This document shows positions 1 to 13,086 of a DNA stretch of 64,000 nt, in pieces. The stretch lies in contig OY740802.1 of NCBI GenBank assembly GCA_963514005.1, positions 17,732,001 to 17,796,000 of the forward strand, read 5' to 3'. Under the pieces are notes generated by a model that saw only the letters and a program-made list of their open reading frames with translations, was not told where the DNA came from and ran no database searches. The DNA comes from Raja brachyura (taxonomy: Eukaryota). Numbering within the stretch: position 1 is the first letter of the stretch; the number at the start of each line of letters is the position of its first letter. The translations under genes were made by a program, and so were the position numbers.

Positions 1-380
1 GGACTGGCAGATAAATGAATTTCGTCAAAGCTGTTGAGCTGACAACTCCTTGCATTTGAATGTCAATGAAAGATTGCCTACTGTTGGAAATGGCATTAAA
101 GAACACGAGGAAGCTGCATCAACCATGAGCATCAGCTAAGTCAAAGTGATACACAGTGCTGTCCTGATGGGCTACATTGGGAGTCTCAACATATATGACT
201 GAGTTCAAGAATCAGATTTTTTAATGGAATTGTAACTGGTATATTGGCAGCCATCACTCAGAGTAAAAGGCAGCAAATCCAAACTTAAAGCACCATATTT
301 TATCAATCGTTTTCAATGCGATGGCAATTAGTTAAAGACTTTTCAGTTTATTTTTACATTAACTGATATTTTTCGTTGCC

Positions 381-703
381 ACAGGAGGCTAACCACCCAT
401 TGACTGTACATCGGCTCTCTGAGCAATTCTATCAATCGCTCTTCTTACTAACTCTTCTGCAGCTTATTCTCCCTCACATGTCAATGTACACATGAATACA
501 TCCCCTCCCCAATTCTCTTAACACTCAGGGAAATATACAGAAGCAAATTGACCTTCCAACTAGTATATCTTTGGAGTGTGGGGTGAAAGCAGAGTATCCA
601 GAGGAAATCCAGCTGCAGGAAGAATGTGCAGGAAGAATTCCCCATCAAACAGCACTGGAGGTCAGCTTTGAACAAGTTTCTTGGCACTTCCAATGAACTG
701 TGC
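381..703 (-). mobile_element. Old, diverged V-SINE
   Basis: Degenerate reverse complement of the V-domain (tctttggagtgtggggtgaaagcagagtatccagaggaaatcc) and tRNA-like head (cagcactggaggtcag), matching younger copies in this window. Confidence 0.5.
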
Positions 704-1431
704 AGTGAACTAGATTTGTAGTTATTCTTCATCTCACATGGTATATTGGTAAGTTACGTGTACTTGCCCATTGGAGTATAAACAGCGGGAGCATTTTTCA
801 TATTTGTATGCATGAACACGTTGTACTCTGTGTCTTTGTATGTGGTCGTACTGCAATCTTATTTTATAGGACAGTCGTGTGGTGTGCCTAGTTTGCAACA
901 ATACAAGACTTATACTGACTGGAACAAGAGGTCTGTAGCAGAACCTTCGCAAATATACTTTTTTTCCCCCTTGAAAATACTTTTTTTCCCCCTAAACAAC
1001 TTTATTTTACGAATGTATGCTTTGCCTTAAGGCATCTGTGAAGACATTGCAGTCATATTTCCTCTGCATTACATTTATTTTGAGTTCTAACTCATTGAGT
1101 GAGGTGAGGTGTGGCATTGGGATGGTGATGGTGGCAATAGTCATCTTAGGGTAACAAATACTAAATCGATTTTTCATAAACCAATTAAATATCTCCCTGT
1201 TGATGACGAAGATGAAATCTTGTCTCAATGTTACAGAGGAATAAATATCTAGTGGTTGAAATCTTTGAGTGTTAGCACAGGAGGTACTTTACTTTGTCAC
1301 TATACACTTATGCCCCTGGAGAAAATATAATTACCTATCTGGGCAACTTTCCAGCACTGGACAGAAGACCTATTTGGGTCTGGCTGATAAAAAAATAATT
1401 AATAGCTTTTTATACACCAATATTTCATAAT

Positions 1432-1743
1432 GGTGGCACAGTGGTAGAGTTGCTGCCTTACAGTGCTTGCAGAGCCGGAGACCCGGGTTCGATCCCGATT
1501 ACCGGTGGTGTCTGTATGGAGTTTATAATTTCTCCCCTTGACCTTGTGGGCTTTTTCCAAGATATTTGGTTTCCTCGCACACTCCAAAGACGTCAGCGTT
1601 TGCAGGTTAATCGGCTTGGTATAAGTGTAAATTGTCTCTAGTTTGTGTAGGATAGTGTTAATGTGCAAAGATCGCTGATCGGTGCGGACTCAGTGGGCTG
1701 AAGGGCCTGTTTCCGCCCTGTGTCTCTCAACTAAATTAAAATT
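1432..1743 (+). mobile_element. HE1-type tRNA-derived V-SINE, full length
   Basis: A box ggtggcacagtggtag, B box ggttcgatccc, V-domain ggtttcctcgcacactccaaagac, CR1/HER1-type tail gggctgaagggcctgtttcc..ctaaattaaa. Confidence 0.9.
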
Positions 1744-2822
1744 GTTTTGTATTTTTATAATATTTTGTATTTCTGTTCTTCATGCAAAAATGAAGTATTT
1801 CACATTTCTTATATTATATTCCACCTGCCACTCTGTTTACCTTTTATTTAACCTAACATATCTGCGTGTGTATGACATTGCATCCTCTTGGAGAGCTCCT
1901 CGCAGTTTCCTTTTCCATATGGCCTCATATGTTTCGCAAAGTGAGGTCTGGAAAATTGTTCACACCAAATGTCCTTCCTGGGTGTGAATGGAAGGATGCA
2001 TTAAATGAGAGTGACCCTGACTATTAATGCAAGCCTCCCAAGCACTTGTATTTGGTTGCTGGCTGAAGTTCTCTTTGCAAACAAGAATGAGTGCCAATAC
2101 TGCTCTCAGTCTACTCCTGGGGTATCATCACTCTCAGAAGCTTTGCCTCAGGATTCTTATAGACTGCCCTTGCTGAGCAATGCCACATATGACGTTTTAC
2201 TGTTCACTGGTGCATTGCTGAAATCTAAAAGAAGCTCTGCGGGCAAAGTGGAGAAACGTCTGATATTGATAAATAGACCTTCAGCATTCATTCCTGGAAG
2301 GGGACTTTGGCTGAAGTGCAGGGCTCCCAGAAGTTTATAGACATTTATAGAATTCACGCAAGCCTTTATAGATTACTTCTTGCCACAAATGCCCTTTTGC
2401 AAAAGAAGCCCATTACATGCACTTGAAACCCTCTGCAGGTTTGTGTACCCTCTTATTAGGACCCTACCACTTCCACTCCCTTTCGTCAAATATGCATTAA
2501 TTTTGTTGTGAGTAGTCCCAAGTCTGTTTGCTGTGTTTTAGTGTGAACATTTAAAGGCTACTTCCTGAGATCAGATCTGTGAGGAAAAAATGTTAGCAAC
2601 CTATCTGAAAGAGCAAAGTGTTACTTAAGGGAATCTGATAACAGTACTTGGAATCGGTACATATAAGTGTGACTTAAATGGAGCTTTCTGAAACCGCATT
2701 TGAGAGATTTCTCACACTATTTCAACATCAGAAAAAAATAATGCAGAATAATTTCTGGGGGGGCGGTGTGGTTTGCACTTAGTCTCTGGTTTTCTCCCAT
2801 ATCCCAAAGACATGCAGATCAG

Positions 2823-3122
2823 CACAGTGACGCAGTGGTAGAGTTGCTGCCTCGTAGCGCTTGGAGCGCCAGAGACCTGGGTTCGATACTGGCCACGTAC
2901 AGAGTTTGTATATTCTCCCCGTGACCACGTGGATTTTCTCTGAGATCTTTGGTTTCCTCCCACACTCCAGATGTACAGGTTTGTAGATTAATTGGCTTGA
3001 TATAAGTGTAAATTGTCCCTAGTTGTGTGTAGGATAGTGTTAATGTGCAGGGATCGCTGGTCGGTGTGGACTCAGTGGGCTGACGGGTTTGTTTCCGTGC
3101 TGTTTCTCTGAACTGAACTGAA
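2823..3122 (+). mobile_element. HE1-type V-SINE nested in an older V-SINE (about 2765-2822 and 3123-3305)
   Basis: A/B boxes, V-domain and (ctgaa)n tail; the flanks (ggttttctcccatatcccaaagacatgcag / ggtcggtaggttaactgacc) join into a second V-SINE. Confidence 0.85.
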
Positions 3123-4016
3123 GGTCGGTAGGTTAACTGACCAATATAAATTTCCCTAGCTGTGTAGGTATGTAATTGAATCTGGCGTGCGTTGCCTTGA
3201 TGGGAATGTGAGTAAAATAGTTTGTTGGGAAAATTAGTTAATGGATGGGATTGCTATGTGAACTGTCACAGACTTAATGTGCTGAAAGGTCTCCTCTCAG
3301 CCATATGGATATGTGGAACATTACTTGATTACACAGCACAAAATCTAATTGTCTGTCCCTTGTCGAGTTCCTCCACATATTGCTTTAAGAACTGGTTTAT
3401 GCACATTTCCTCTTAACCAATTTTGTAATTTTTGAATAGTCCAACCTATAAGAAGATCTTAACTAAAGGTTCAAATTGCTTCATAACAATTCAATTTATC
3501 TCTGTTAAATATTACTTTTCTTTGTTGATTAAACTCTCTCCAGCAGTACAACTATTGAAGGTTGACTGTGAGTAATTCCCATCAGAGCTTTTTGTTCCTT
3601 ATTATCTTTAAGTGCCATCTATATTTGTTCTTTATGCCAACTTCGGAGTCAATATCATTCTTTTTTTTACCATTCTTGGATTATCTTTATCATTACGGAT
3701 AACCACTTCCCCACCAACCATTGCACTTTTTTCATTTGTTTGCATTTTCAAATTTTAAAATAGATAGTTTCTAAATTTGGTTACGCTATAACTGCTTCAT
3801 GAGGGTCTCTTGCATATTTGGACCATCTCTCTAGTGCTTTTTGTATTTAGACAGAGTGCATTCATTTTAACTGTTTACCAATATTTTCTCCAGTATTTCC
3901 TTTTCTCATGAACATTTATTCTTTAGCAATCTGGCTTGCTGCCTCTAACTGCCTCCCTGCCTGCTTGCACTTACATCTACCGGACACAGAGAGCTGACCA
4001 CATTTATGTTGTTAAA

Positions 4017-4357
4017 GACCCTCAGACTATCTTTGATTGGACTTTACAGGCTTTACCTTGCACTAAGTGTTATTCATGTTATTCCCTTTATCATGTATCT
4101 GCACACTGCGGATGGCTTGATTGTAATCATGTATTGTCTTTCTGCTGGCTCGTTAACACGCAACAAAAGCTTTTACTGTACCTGCATTTCTTTACGATAT
4201 GGGAGAAAAATGGAGATCCCAGAGGAACTCCACTCTGTCAGAGAGAGAATGTGCAAACTCCACACAGACAGCACTGGAGGTCAGGATCGATCCCAGGACA
4301 CTGGTGTTGATGCAGTAGTTGTACACGTGCCAATAAACTAAATCAAGTCAACTCAAC
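4017..4357 (+). mobile_element. Rex-Babar-type LINE 3' UTR interrupted by a minus-strand V-SINE fragment (about 4198-4308)
   Basis: ..caacaaaagcttttactgtacct / gtacacgtgccaataaactaaatcaagtc tail; the insert carries V-domain rc agaatgtgcaaactccacacagacagcac. Confidence 0.6.
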
Positions 4358-4879
4358 ATTGACCTCCATGACTGGGAAGAATTTGTGAGATGATGTGGGG
4401 GAACCATACCATGAATAGACGTAAGGGGTTGGAATCTGAAGTCCTGCCTGCACATCATCTTAATGACTTTTGACATCTTGTTGCTGTCAAATGCTTTTGG
4501 AGACAATACTAGGATTGGTTTAACATCTGTTCAAATCAATTTGTAATTAAAAAAAATAAAAATAACAAACTTAAAAATGCTAACTAATCAACAAAGACAT
4601 TAAAAAAAAGTGAACCACAAGTCTCCATCTCTGGTGTAATATGAATGAGTGAATGATACTTTATTGTCACATGTACCTAGTGTACCTAGGTAAAGTTAAA
4701 ACCATTGGTTTGCATACAACATAGGCAGTACACAAGTGTCGCCATGTGTTGGTGCTGACAAAGTACAAATACTGAAGGGTTGCATAGATAGGCCATTCAG
4801 TCCATCTTCTCAGCATGTAATTTCTTCACTTCGCAACATAGTGGTTGATCAGATGGCATGGCAACTGCCTCTTCGGATG

Positions 4880-5260
4880 TTAACCATTTCCCCGCAGCTA
4901 ACAATGTACCATTCTACATTTCCTTGGTCATCGTCCCCTTAGATGGTTCTATTGGAATTTCTATGTTTCTATTGGAATCAAGGGATATGGGGAGAAGGCA
5001 GGCACGGGTTATTCATTGGGGATGATCAGCCATGATCACAATGAATGGCGGTGCTGGCTCGAAGGGCCGAATGGCCTCCTCCTGCACCTATTTTCTGTTT
5101 CTATGTTAGATCTGTGTTTTCACGCATCACCCGTCCATATCTCAATGTTTCCTTCGCCCCTGACTCTCAGTGTGAAGAAGGGTCTTGACCCGAAACGTCA
5201 CGCAGTATTTCTCTCCAGAGATGTTGCCTGTTCCTCTGATTTACTCCAGCATTTTGTTTC
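4880..5260 (+). mobile_element. Penelope-like element (PLE) 3' repeat, with a CR1 3' end inserted at about 4974-5108
   Basis: cagctaacaatg..attctacatttccttg and gaagaagggtcttgacccgaaacgtc..ttactccagcattttg; the insert has the CR1 tail gatcagccatgatcac..gaagggccgaatggcctcctcctgcacc. Confidence 0.75.
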
Positions 5261-6370
5261 TTTCTTCTCATGCTTTTATCCTTGACTGTGTGCTTGCAAC
5301 AATATCTGAGACAAGCCATATCACTGTGGAATCTTAAGCTGAAGCAAAACCTGGCCTATTGTCCTCCTCCATTATTACACTATCCTGATCTTCCACTATC
5401 TAAAATAAAACCCTCAATTGCACTATCCCTCATTTTTCTTATTGCAAGGCATTATCCACAGTTAGGCCCCTTACTGATACATTAGTCTCAGACTAACTGA
5501 TGTCAACTAACTACACTGTGCATTATATATAGATGCAATGCTTAATATATAAAATAGACTGAGACTATTCAGCATGGTTATTTGGGAATATTATATTCTT
5601 ATTTTTGAAATTCCACACTTGATTGTGTTGTCATTTGTTGTAAATGGAATAGCCTGACTGATAAATCACAAGATCTATTTAATATTGTTCTAATAGGTCA
5701 GTTGGAGAAAGTGATGATTAAAAGAAATGAGGCTGTTTATGAACAAAATTATTTTTAAAACTGAATCTTTTGGAAGTTAATGAAATAATGAAAATATTCA
5801 ATTAACTATGATAATGACATTAGAATAATGATGCCATTTGCATCAAATCTAATGAAGACGATGGAAAGCAAAATAATAGTAACTATAATGAGTCGGCATC
5901 AAAAAGAACTGGTCATGTAAATGAGTGCAAATCTGTGATGCACATCATGTGAATAATATGCGATCGTAAGCCTGCGGACCTTCAACTTGTTAAAATATGA
6001 TTTTCCCTGAATAGTAAAATAGACATTCTATTACCAAGATATTTCAAAAGCAACCATCAAGTGAATTTACTAATGATGCCATTGGGTTGGTTTGCCGTTT
6101 TATTTTTAAGAAACCTGTGATGGAGAATCGCTGGAATGTCGACATTCATGTGAACTACTCTGAAACAATAGACAGCAGGCTGCATACATTGAAGTCATTC
6201 CTCTTTCTAAAAGTCATTAAAATTCTACTTTTACTAATTGTCAGCTCTGGAAAATGACACTTTTAATCAATTGTGTTTGTGCAGCAGAAAATGTAACATT
6301 TCCTTTAAACCATATCAATAAAAAGCACCCATTGAATTCAGAAATATATCACCCATTAGGCAGATTCTAT

Positions 6371-6512
6371 NNNNNNNNNNNNNNNNNNNNNNNNNNNNNN
6401 NNNNNNNNNNNNNNNNNNNNNNNNNNNNNNNNNNNNNNNNNNNNNNNNNNNNNNNNNNNNNNNNNNNNNNNNNNNNNNNNNNNNNNNNNNNNNNNNNNNN
6501 NNNNNNNNNNNN
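6371..6512. other. Assembly gap (142 N)
   Basis: Run of N. Confidence 1.
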
Positions 6513-6616
6513 GTGGGGGAGAGGGAGAGGGAGGGAGGGGGAGAGGGAGGGAGGGGGAAAGGGAGAGGGAGGGAGAGGGAGGGAGGGGGATAGGGAGAAG
6601 GAGAGAGAGGAGAGAG
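6513..6616 (+). repeat. Purine-rich (GGGAGA/GGGA)n low-complexity tract
   Basis: Seen directly next to the gap. Confidence 0.9.
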
Positions 6617-6617
6617 T

Positions 6618-7562
6618 AACATCCACCTGGCTAGGGGCCTGATTCATCTATCATAGGGATCTGGTCTGTCAGCTGCTTTTCTGTCCCTTGATCAGGAGGC
6701 TTTTGGCAGGGTACATCATGACTACCTCTTCGAGACGCTGCAAGCATTCGGATTCGGACCGCATTTTGTGGCCTGGGTCCGGCTTTTGTACGCTGCAGCG
6801 GAGTATCTCATGAAGGTTAATGGTGTGTTGTAGGGAGGGGGGTACGCCAGGGGTGTCCCATGTCTGGTCAGTTGTACTCGGTTTGTGTGGAACCGTTCCT
6901 GTGTCTTCTTCAGAGGCGGTTGACAGGCTTGGCTCTACCAGGACCGGGGGTGGAGGTGGTTCTCTCGGCCTACGCTGACGATGTACTTCTTATGTTCACT
7001 GACCCTGTCGACCTGCGTTGGATGCGTGATTGCCAGCAGGTTTTCTTGGCTGCATCGTCCGCCAGGATTAACTGGAGTAAGTGTTCCGGACTTTTGGTGG
7101 GCCAGTGGCAGGTGGACTCCCTGCCGGAGGAGATGACATCGTATGCGTGGAGCACCACGCACCTCCTCTACCTAGGGATCTACCCGAGTCTCACTGAGGA
7201 TGCTTTGCTGGTGAACTGGCTGGAGCTGGAGGCAAAAGTCATCGCCCGGCTGTGTCGCTGGTCAGTTTTGCTTAGAGTTCTTTCTTTCCAGGGTAGGGTG
7301 CTGGTCATAAACAAGCTGGTGGCCTCCATGTTATGGTACTGGCTGGCTACTCTTGTTCCACCCTCTATCTTTGCAACTACAATACAGACGAAGCTGGTGG
7401 ATTTTTTGGGGGGAGATAGGAAGCACTGAGTTTCCACAGCGGCCCTGAGTCTCCAGTTAGACGAACGCAGCCAGTTCTTGGTATGTGTGCAAACCCAGGT
7501 GGCAGCTCTCCCTCTCAGGACTCTGCAGAGGTACATGTACGCGAAGCACTCCCCCAGAGAGG
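6618..7562 (+). mobile_element. Tx1/L1-clade LINE reverse transcriptase fragment (decayed)
   Basis: SLDQE(K)AF.RV.H, GFGPHFVAWVRLLY, GVRQGCPMSGQLY, AYADD, ARINWSK, LSFQGRVLVINKLVASMLWY; stops and small deletions. Confidence 0.9.
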
Positions 7563-7599
7563 GACACATTTGTTGTATGATTATTTTCAGCAAGAACAT

Positions 7600-7920
7600 C
7601 AAAAATAATTTAAAAACATTTATGGCCACAGAAAAAAACTAAAAAGCAGAAGGTTAAAGTCTTGATTAAGTGGTGAATGGTTTTGTATTAAAGTGAGAGT
7701 TTGGGGTAGTTGAATTGTGAAGCTTATGATGATGACTGATGAATGAATGGTTGCCACGAGTGGAGTGTTTAAAATCAGAATGAGTTTAAGTTGGGTCGAA
7801 GGCAGGATATATACCAGAAGAGCATAGGAATAGTCAAGTTTGTTGGTAACAAAGCTGAGTATTGGGATTTCAGTGAGATCTTCGATGAGGTTAGGGCAGA
7901 TCCTGGCAATACCATGGTAT
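7600..7920 (-). mobile_element. L2 LINE ORF2 C-terminal fragment (decayed)
   Basis: Minus-strand translation LSFVTNKLDYSYALLVYILP resembles the L2 motif AFVTSRLDYSNALLAGLP. Confidence 0.55.
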
Positions 7921-8249
7921 TATATATTTTATTTATATAACCCTCTAGATCTTTACTTTCCAGTCTAAGCAAAATGAAATAGTAAAGCTAAAGAAATCTT
8001 GCCAGGGTGCTTGTTTCTGAATATTAGTAGAACTTAGCCCTCAGCAAGTTGTCTGCTGATCCTATTAATATTCAGTTTCAATTGACTACATTGATGCGGC
8101 TTTGAAATAAAAACACTAAATTTTAACACTTGAACATGTAAAAGATCAATAAAAATATGTCTTGTTAGCATCAATGCCACTTCACATTGGTCATTTTAAA
8201 TCACTCAGATATTATTGAATTGGTAGGAAAGAAAGCTGGCTTACGAAAG

Positions 8250-8373
8250 TAGGTACAAAATGCTATGCACTCAGTGGGACAGGTAGCATCCCTGGAGAGA
8301 TGGAATGGGTGATGTTTCGGGTCGAGACCCTTCTTCAGCCTGGCACGCTGAGTTACTCCAGCATTTTGTGTCT
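8250..8373. mobile_element. PLE fold-back mini-insertion
   Basis: Reverse arm ending ..gtcgagacccttcttcag (8338), then forward arm cctggcacgctgagttactccagcattttgtgtcta. Confidence 0.7.
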
Positions 8374-9584
8374 ATTATTTAGTCAGCTTTGGTAAAAAAC
8401 AAGACTCCGGAGTTCTCACTAAAGCTGAAAATGTATGTCAGCAATGTCTGGGCACATTAAGATTGGCACGAGGCACGATATCTACTCTAACAGGCTTGTG
8501 TGGGTTTTGCATTGTATTCTGATGAAGGGAATCATGTGTTTTAGTTGAAGCATTCATTGTTATATCATTTTTATATTACTGTTATATCAATGAATGTGTG
8601 ATCCTGTGGAAATATTGAAGGAATAAGCAACATAAAAGCCCCAAATTAGGAGGCATGTTTGCTCCTTCCAAATGGTGGCTCATGATTTATTTGTTTAATC
8701 TCATGCAAGCTAACAAACATCTCATTTTAAAAAAGAATTATTATGTACGATTACCTGTTTATTCTTCAAACTATTCTGAAATGTAAAGATAATGTTGAAA
8801 CAATCTCCTCAACATAAGGACATTAGGGATGTTACATTTTTGAGCATTAAAGTTATTGATCCATAGACAAAATAAACAGGCAGCAACGCTTTCTGAAGAA
8901 CAGTAGATTGAGTTTCCATTAACAAGTAATATCTAAAGCATAATGCCTTTGTTTTCCCTTCTTTCTTATTTTAACCCTAGATGGTTTGAGGCAATATCCA
9001 ATGCTGATCATTAAAATGGAACATAACCCTATGCTTCCATTAACTGTTTGCCATTCAGTGAAAGTATTCTCTTATATACAATATACTATATTTTGAATAT
9101 TAAGGCTGCAGTCATCACAAATGTCTGCTTAGTGTGCAGTGTATTATCTGATTCTAGCTCAGTGTGCCAAGCAGCCCTATTGTGTTTGATATAAACAAGA
9201 TTGATTATACTGTATGTTGCCAATGTATTTTTATATTCATTGAATTAGTCACTGGCAAGATGGGCAATTTTGAACTTCTGCTGTTGGTTTTAGCAAGCTC
9301 TGTGGCCATTTCAGAAGAAATCAAGAATAATCTGATGTGGAACTTATGTGTGGATCAGACCAGATATCGGTGATTGATTTCTTTCTTTGAATACCACTGG
9401 GCAACCACAAATATTTTTTTACACTGATCCAGCAGGTCCATGCTCATTTCTCACTGATACTTTTATTTTTAAATTCTAGATTATTTAAAAAGATGAATTC
9501 AAATTCTTATAAAGAATTGTAAGATGGAAACAGGTCTTCGGCCGATCAAACTCTCACTAATCAAACAAGTCAAATCACAGTCAA

Positions 9585-9875
9585 ACAAGAGGGCATGACA
9601 TGAGAATTAAGGGACTGAAGTTTAGGGGTAACTTGAGGGGGAACTTCTTTACTCAGAGAGTGGTGGCTGTGTGGAATGATCTTCCTGCAGAAGTGGTGGA
9701 GGCAGGATCGATTTTAACATTTAAAAGTAAAGTGGATAGGTATATGGACGGGAAGGGAATGGAGGGGTATGGTCTGAATGCAGGTAGATGGGACTAGGGA
9801 AAAATAAATGGTCGGCACAGACTGGAAGGGCCGAGAAGGCCTGTTTCCATGCTGTAATTGTTATATGGTTATATG
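9585..9875 (+). mobile_element. CR1/HER1 LINE 3' end
   Basis: RGHD.RIKG.KFRGNLRGNFFTQRVVAVWNDLPAEVVEAGSI.TFK..DRYMD followed by tail gaagggccgagaaggcctgtttcc. Confidence 0.85.
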
Positions 9876-10222
9876 ATTAATCATTCACCACTTATTTACA
9901 CTAACCCTACATTAATTCCATTATTTTATTTACTCCACATTCTCATCAATCCCCCTGAGATTCTAACACTCTGATACCTACTAAGAGCAATTTACAGTGA
10001 CTAATTAACTGGCCAATCCTACATAGCTCAAATTAATATCCAGTGCTAACTATTGAAAGGGAACAAAAAGCCTATTTCCATTAACCATTCAGTGGGATGT
10101 TGAAGGAAACTGGGGCACTAAGAAGAAACCCACACAGTCATAGGAAGAATGTGTGAACTTCACAGTCAGTACTCCGGGTCAGGAATTAACTTAGGTCTCA
10201 GGCATTTACTTTAGAATCTGGA

Positions 10223-10520
10223 CTTTAGACTTTAGAAATACAGTGCTGAAACATCCCCGAGTCCACGCCAACCAGTGATCACCCCATACACTTACACTAT
10301 CCTACACATTAGGAACAATTTACAATTTTAGCAAAGCCAACCAAACTACAAACTACAAACGTCTTGGAGTATGGGAGGAAACTGGAGCACCCGGAGAAAC
10401 CCCATGTGATCACAGGGGGAACATACAAACTTCATATAGACAGCAGCCCTTGTCAGGATCGAACCAGGGTCTCTGGTACTGTAAGGCAGCAACTCTACCG
10501 CAGCGCCACTGTGCCTCCCT
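10223..10520 (-). mobile_element. HE1-type V-SINE nested in an older SINE (about 9880-10205 and 10521-10560)
   Basis: (actttag)n tail, V-domain rc tgggaggaaactggagcacccggagaaaccc, head rc aactctaccgcagcgccactgtgcc. Confidence 0.85.
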
Positions 10521-12004
10521 GTGAGGCAGCGGCTATACTAGGAACACCACCGTATCACCATGCAGAGATTTGACCTCCTCTTATGTGGATGACTGATGCG
10601 CAAACATGATCACTACTCTGCCATTTCAAATACATCAGGCATTAATCCCAACAATTACAGCCCTTTTCTCTGCACTTTCTCTGTAGCTATATCACCTAAT
10701 AACACTAAATTCTGCGTTCTGTTCCTGTGTTCTCTCTGGCATTGTCTTGATTTACTTATGTATGGTAGGATTTGCCTGTATAGCATGCAACATTTTTCAT
10801 TACATTTCAGTACACACAACAATAATAAACCAATAAAGATAATATTAAGTATCTTGTATACTGGAAGAGGCCAAAGGGTGGACATTCTTTTTTACCATGT
10901 AAAACAACATGCTCTGATACATGCTGTACAGTAGATCTATTCCAATTAAGTCGAAAGCCACTGGGAAGTGACATTTTGAAGAGCATGATTTCATTAACAA
11001 TTCATATCCCAAGCTTTCTGCAATGTGTGCCACCATTTCAATTACTTGGGCTGTCTCACACCAGATTTGGCCCGAACTAGAGTGTTAAAAGTGGCAGAGG
11101 GACCTAGCATCTGAACTGGCCAGTGAGAGATGGTACAGGCGGAACAAGGATTTGCCTTAGCAAATGCAGACTGACATTACACCAGGATGATGTTGGGACA
11201 ACATGGAATGAATGATGATATTGTTTTGGACTGGTCAAAGATAGGTACCTCAGTGCCTGTGGCATGTTTAATCATGTGAAATATCATTGGCAGCATTCAT
11301 GCCAATGATCTCCAGAAGCTTAGATTCTACAATGCTCTGTGCATTGGCAAGTATCTTTGTCCACTGGCGTTTCAATCCATAATGGCAGAAAGCTGAATTT
11401 GCATGGTAAGAACCTGAGGAACCTGAGTAACTCCTGACAAGTCAGGTCAAGTCAAGTTTATTCGTCACATACACATGTGAGATGTGCAGTGAAATGAAAA
11501 GCGACAGTGCTCGCAGAAGACATTGTGCTTCATTGGAAAGTACAAGCCTTTTAAACAAAGGTAAGTTTATTGCAGGTTCAAAGAACAACTAAAACCCTAT
11601 TCTGAGAAAATGCCAATCCAAAAAAAAAGAATATACATATATGCCTGTTTTTTTTTAATCTTCCTGGCAAGCCATCATCTATCTCCAAAACTGGCTTCCT
11701 CAAAGGGCAGCGGAAACAGAGTCTTTGAATAGCTTTAATGCAGATGTAGATAGATAATTGATAACCAAAGTGTCTAAAGATTACCATGTCAACAGGCATG
11801 TGGTGTTCAGATTACAAACAGATCTTCCACAAATGTCTTTTAACACGGAGTAGACTTGAGTGGCCTATTGTCCTGCTCCTGGTTGTAATTTGTATGTTTG
11901 TTCTCCTCCATTGAACTTCAGTAAACTTTCACTGCCTACATTAGGCTAGTACAGGATATAAGGTACACATAAATCCAAAACTGAGTACATGTGAAGATGT
12001 AAGT

Positions 12005-12165
12005 ACAGGGGTACAGCTGGTAGAGCTGCTGCCTCACAGCACCAGAGACCAGGGTTTGATCCCGACCATGGATGCTCTCCGTATAGCATGCACATTCTCC
12101 CTGTGATCACATAGGTTTCTTCCCACATCGCAAAGACATGAGGGTTTGTAAGTTAATTGGCCTTG
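12005..12165 (+). mobile_element. V-SINE 5' fragment
   Basis: ggtagagctgctgcctcacagcaccagagaccagggtttgatcccg plus partial V-domain. Confidence 0.65.
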
Positions 12166-12556
12166 AGTAACGTGGTCTATAATGTAATCAAGACTCAGTG
12201 ACATGGCAGGATGGAAGAAGATGCTCAACGTGGAAATATTGGAAGTGGTACTTAGGATTGCCTGAAGGGGATTGCAATCGATTTAACTGTGCAATGATGT
12301 GTTTATTTTTAAGTGTGACACATTAAAAAGGTCACATCCTTTAACTGAATTGCAACCCTGTCACTGCAATGAGATAGATTTTATATCTGGTTTCACAATA
12401 TTACATGAGATGTAAAAGAATAGTTATGGTTCTCAAAAAAAGCACCCATGCCCAGTCTGATATTATACATTTAATAGGTTTCCTGTACATTTTATTATTA
12501 ATCTACTTTATCGTGTCCATGTAAATGTTACAAAATCATACTGATGGATTGTCGGT

Positions 12557-12870
12557 AGTTTAGTTTAGTTCAGAGATACAGCGCGGAAACTGGCCCTTCG
12601 GCCCACCGAGTTCACACCCGCCAGCGATCCCCGCAAACTAATGCTATCCTCCACACACTAGGGACAATTTTACATTTATACCAAGCCAATTAACCTATAA
12701 ACCTGTAGGTCTTTGGAATGTGGGAGGAGACCAAAGATATTGGGGAAAACCCACGCAGGTCACGGGGAGAACATACAAATTCCGTACAGACAAGCACCTG
12801 TAGTCAGGATCGAACCCAGGTCTCTGGCACTGTAAGGTAGTAGCTCTACCGCTACACAACCGTGCCACCC
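12557..12870 (-). mobile_element. HE1-type V-SINE, full length
   Basis: (agttt)n tail, V-domain and A/B boxes on the minus strand. Confidence 0.9.
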
Positions 12871-13086
12871 ATTGGTAGAATAAGAGTTACACTAAATATT
12901 AGAACTATTTTATAAGAGATTGCTTTGCAGTGCAGCAATCAACATGTTAGCAGTTTGTGATAATATTTTAAAAAATAACAGGTGAATCTTTAACTGTTAT
13001 AGTAATTTGGGAGGGAGACAATTAACATCTGTAAAATGTAGATGGAATCAATTAGCAGCATCTAAACTAGAGCAGAACATCATGTG

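Noticed and set aside
1432-1500. tRNA genes at SINE heads
   Set aside because: The A/B boxes run into the V-domain and LINE-type tail in many copies; these are SINEs
6254-6647. ORFs spanning the N run
   Set aside because: Artefacts of the gap and low-complexity sequence
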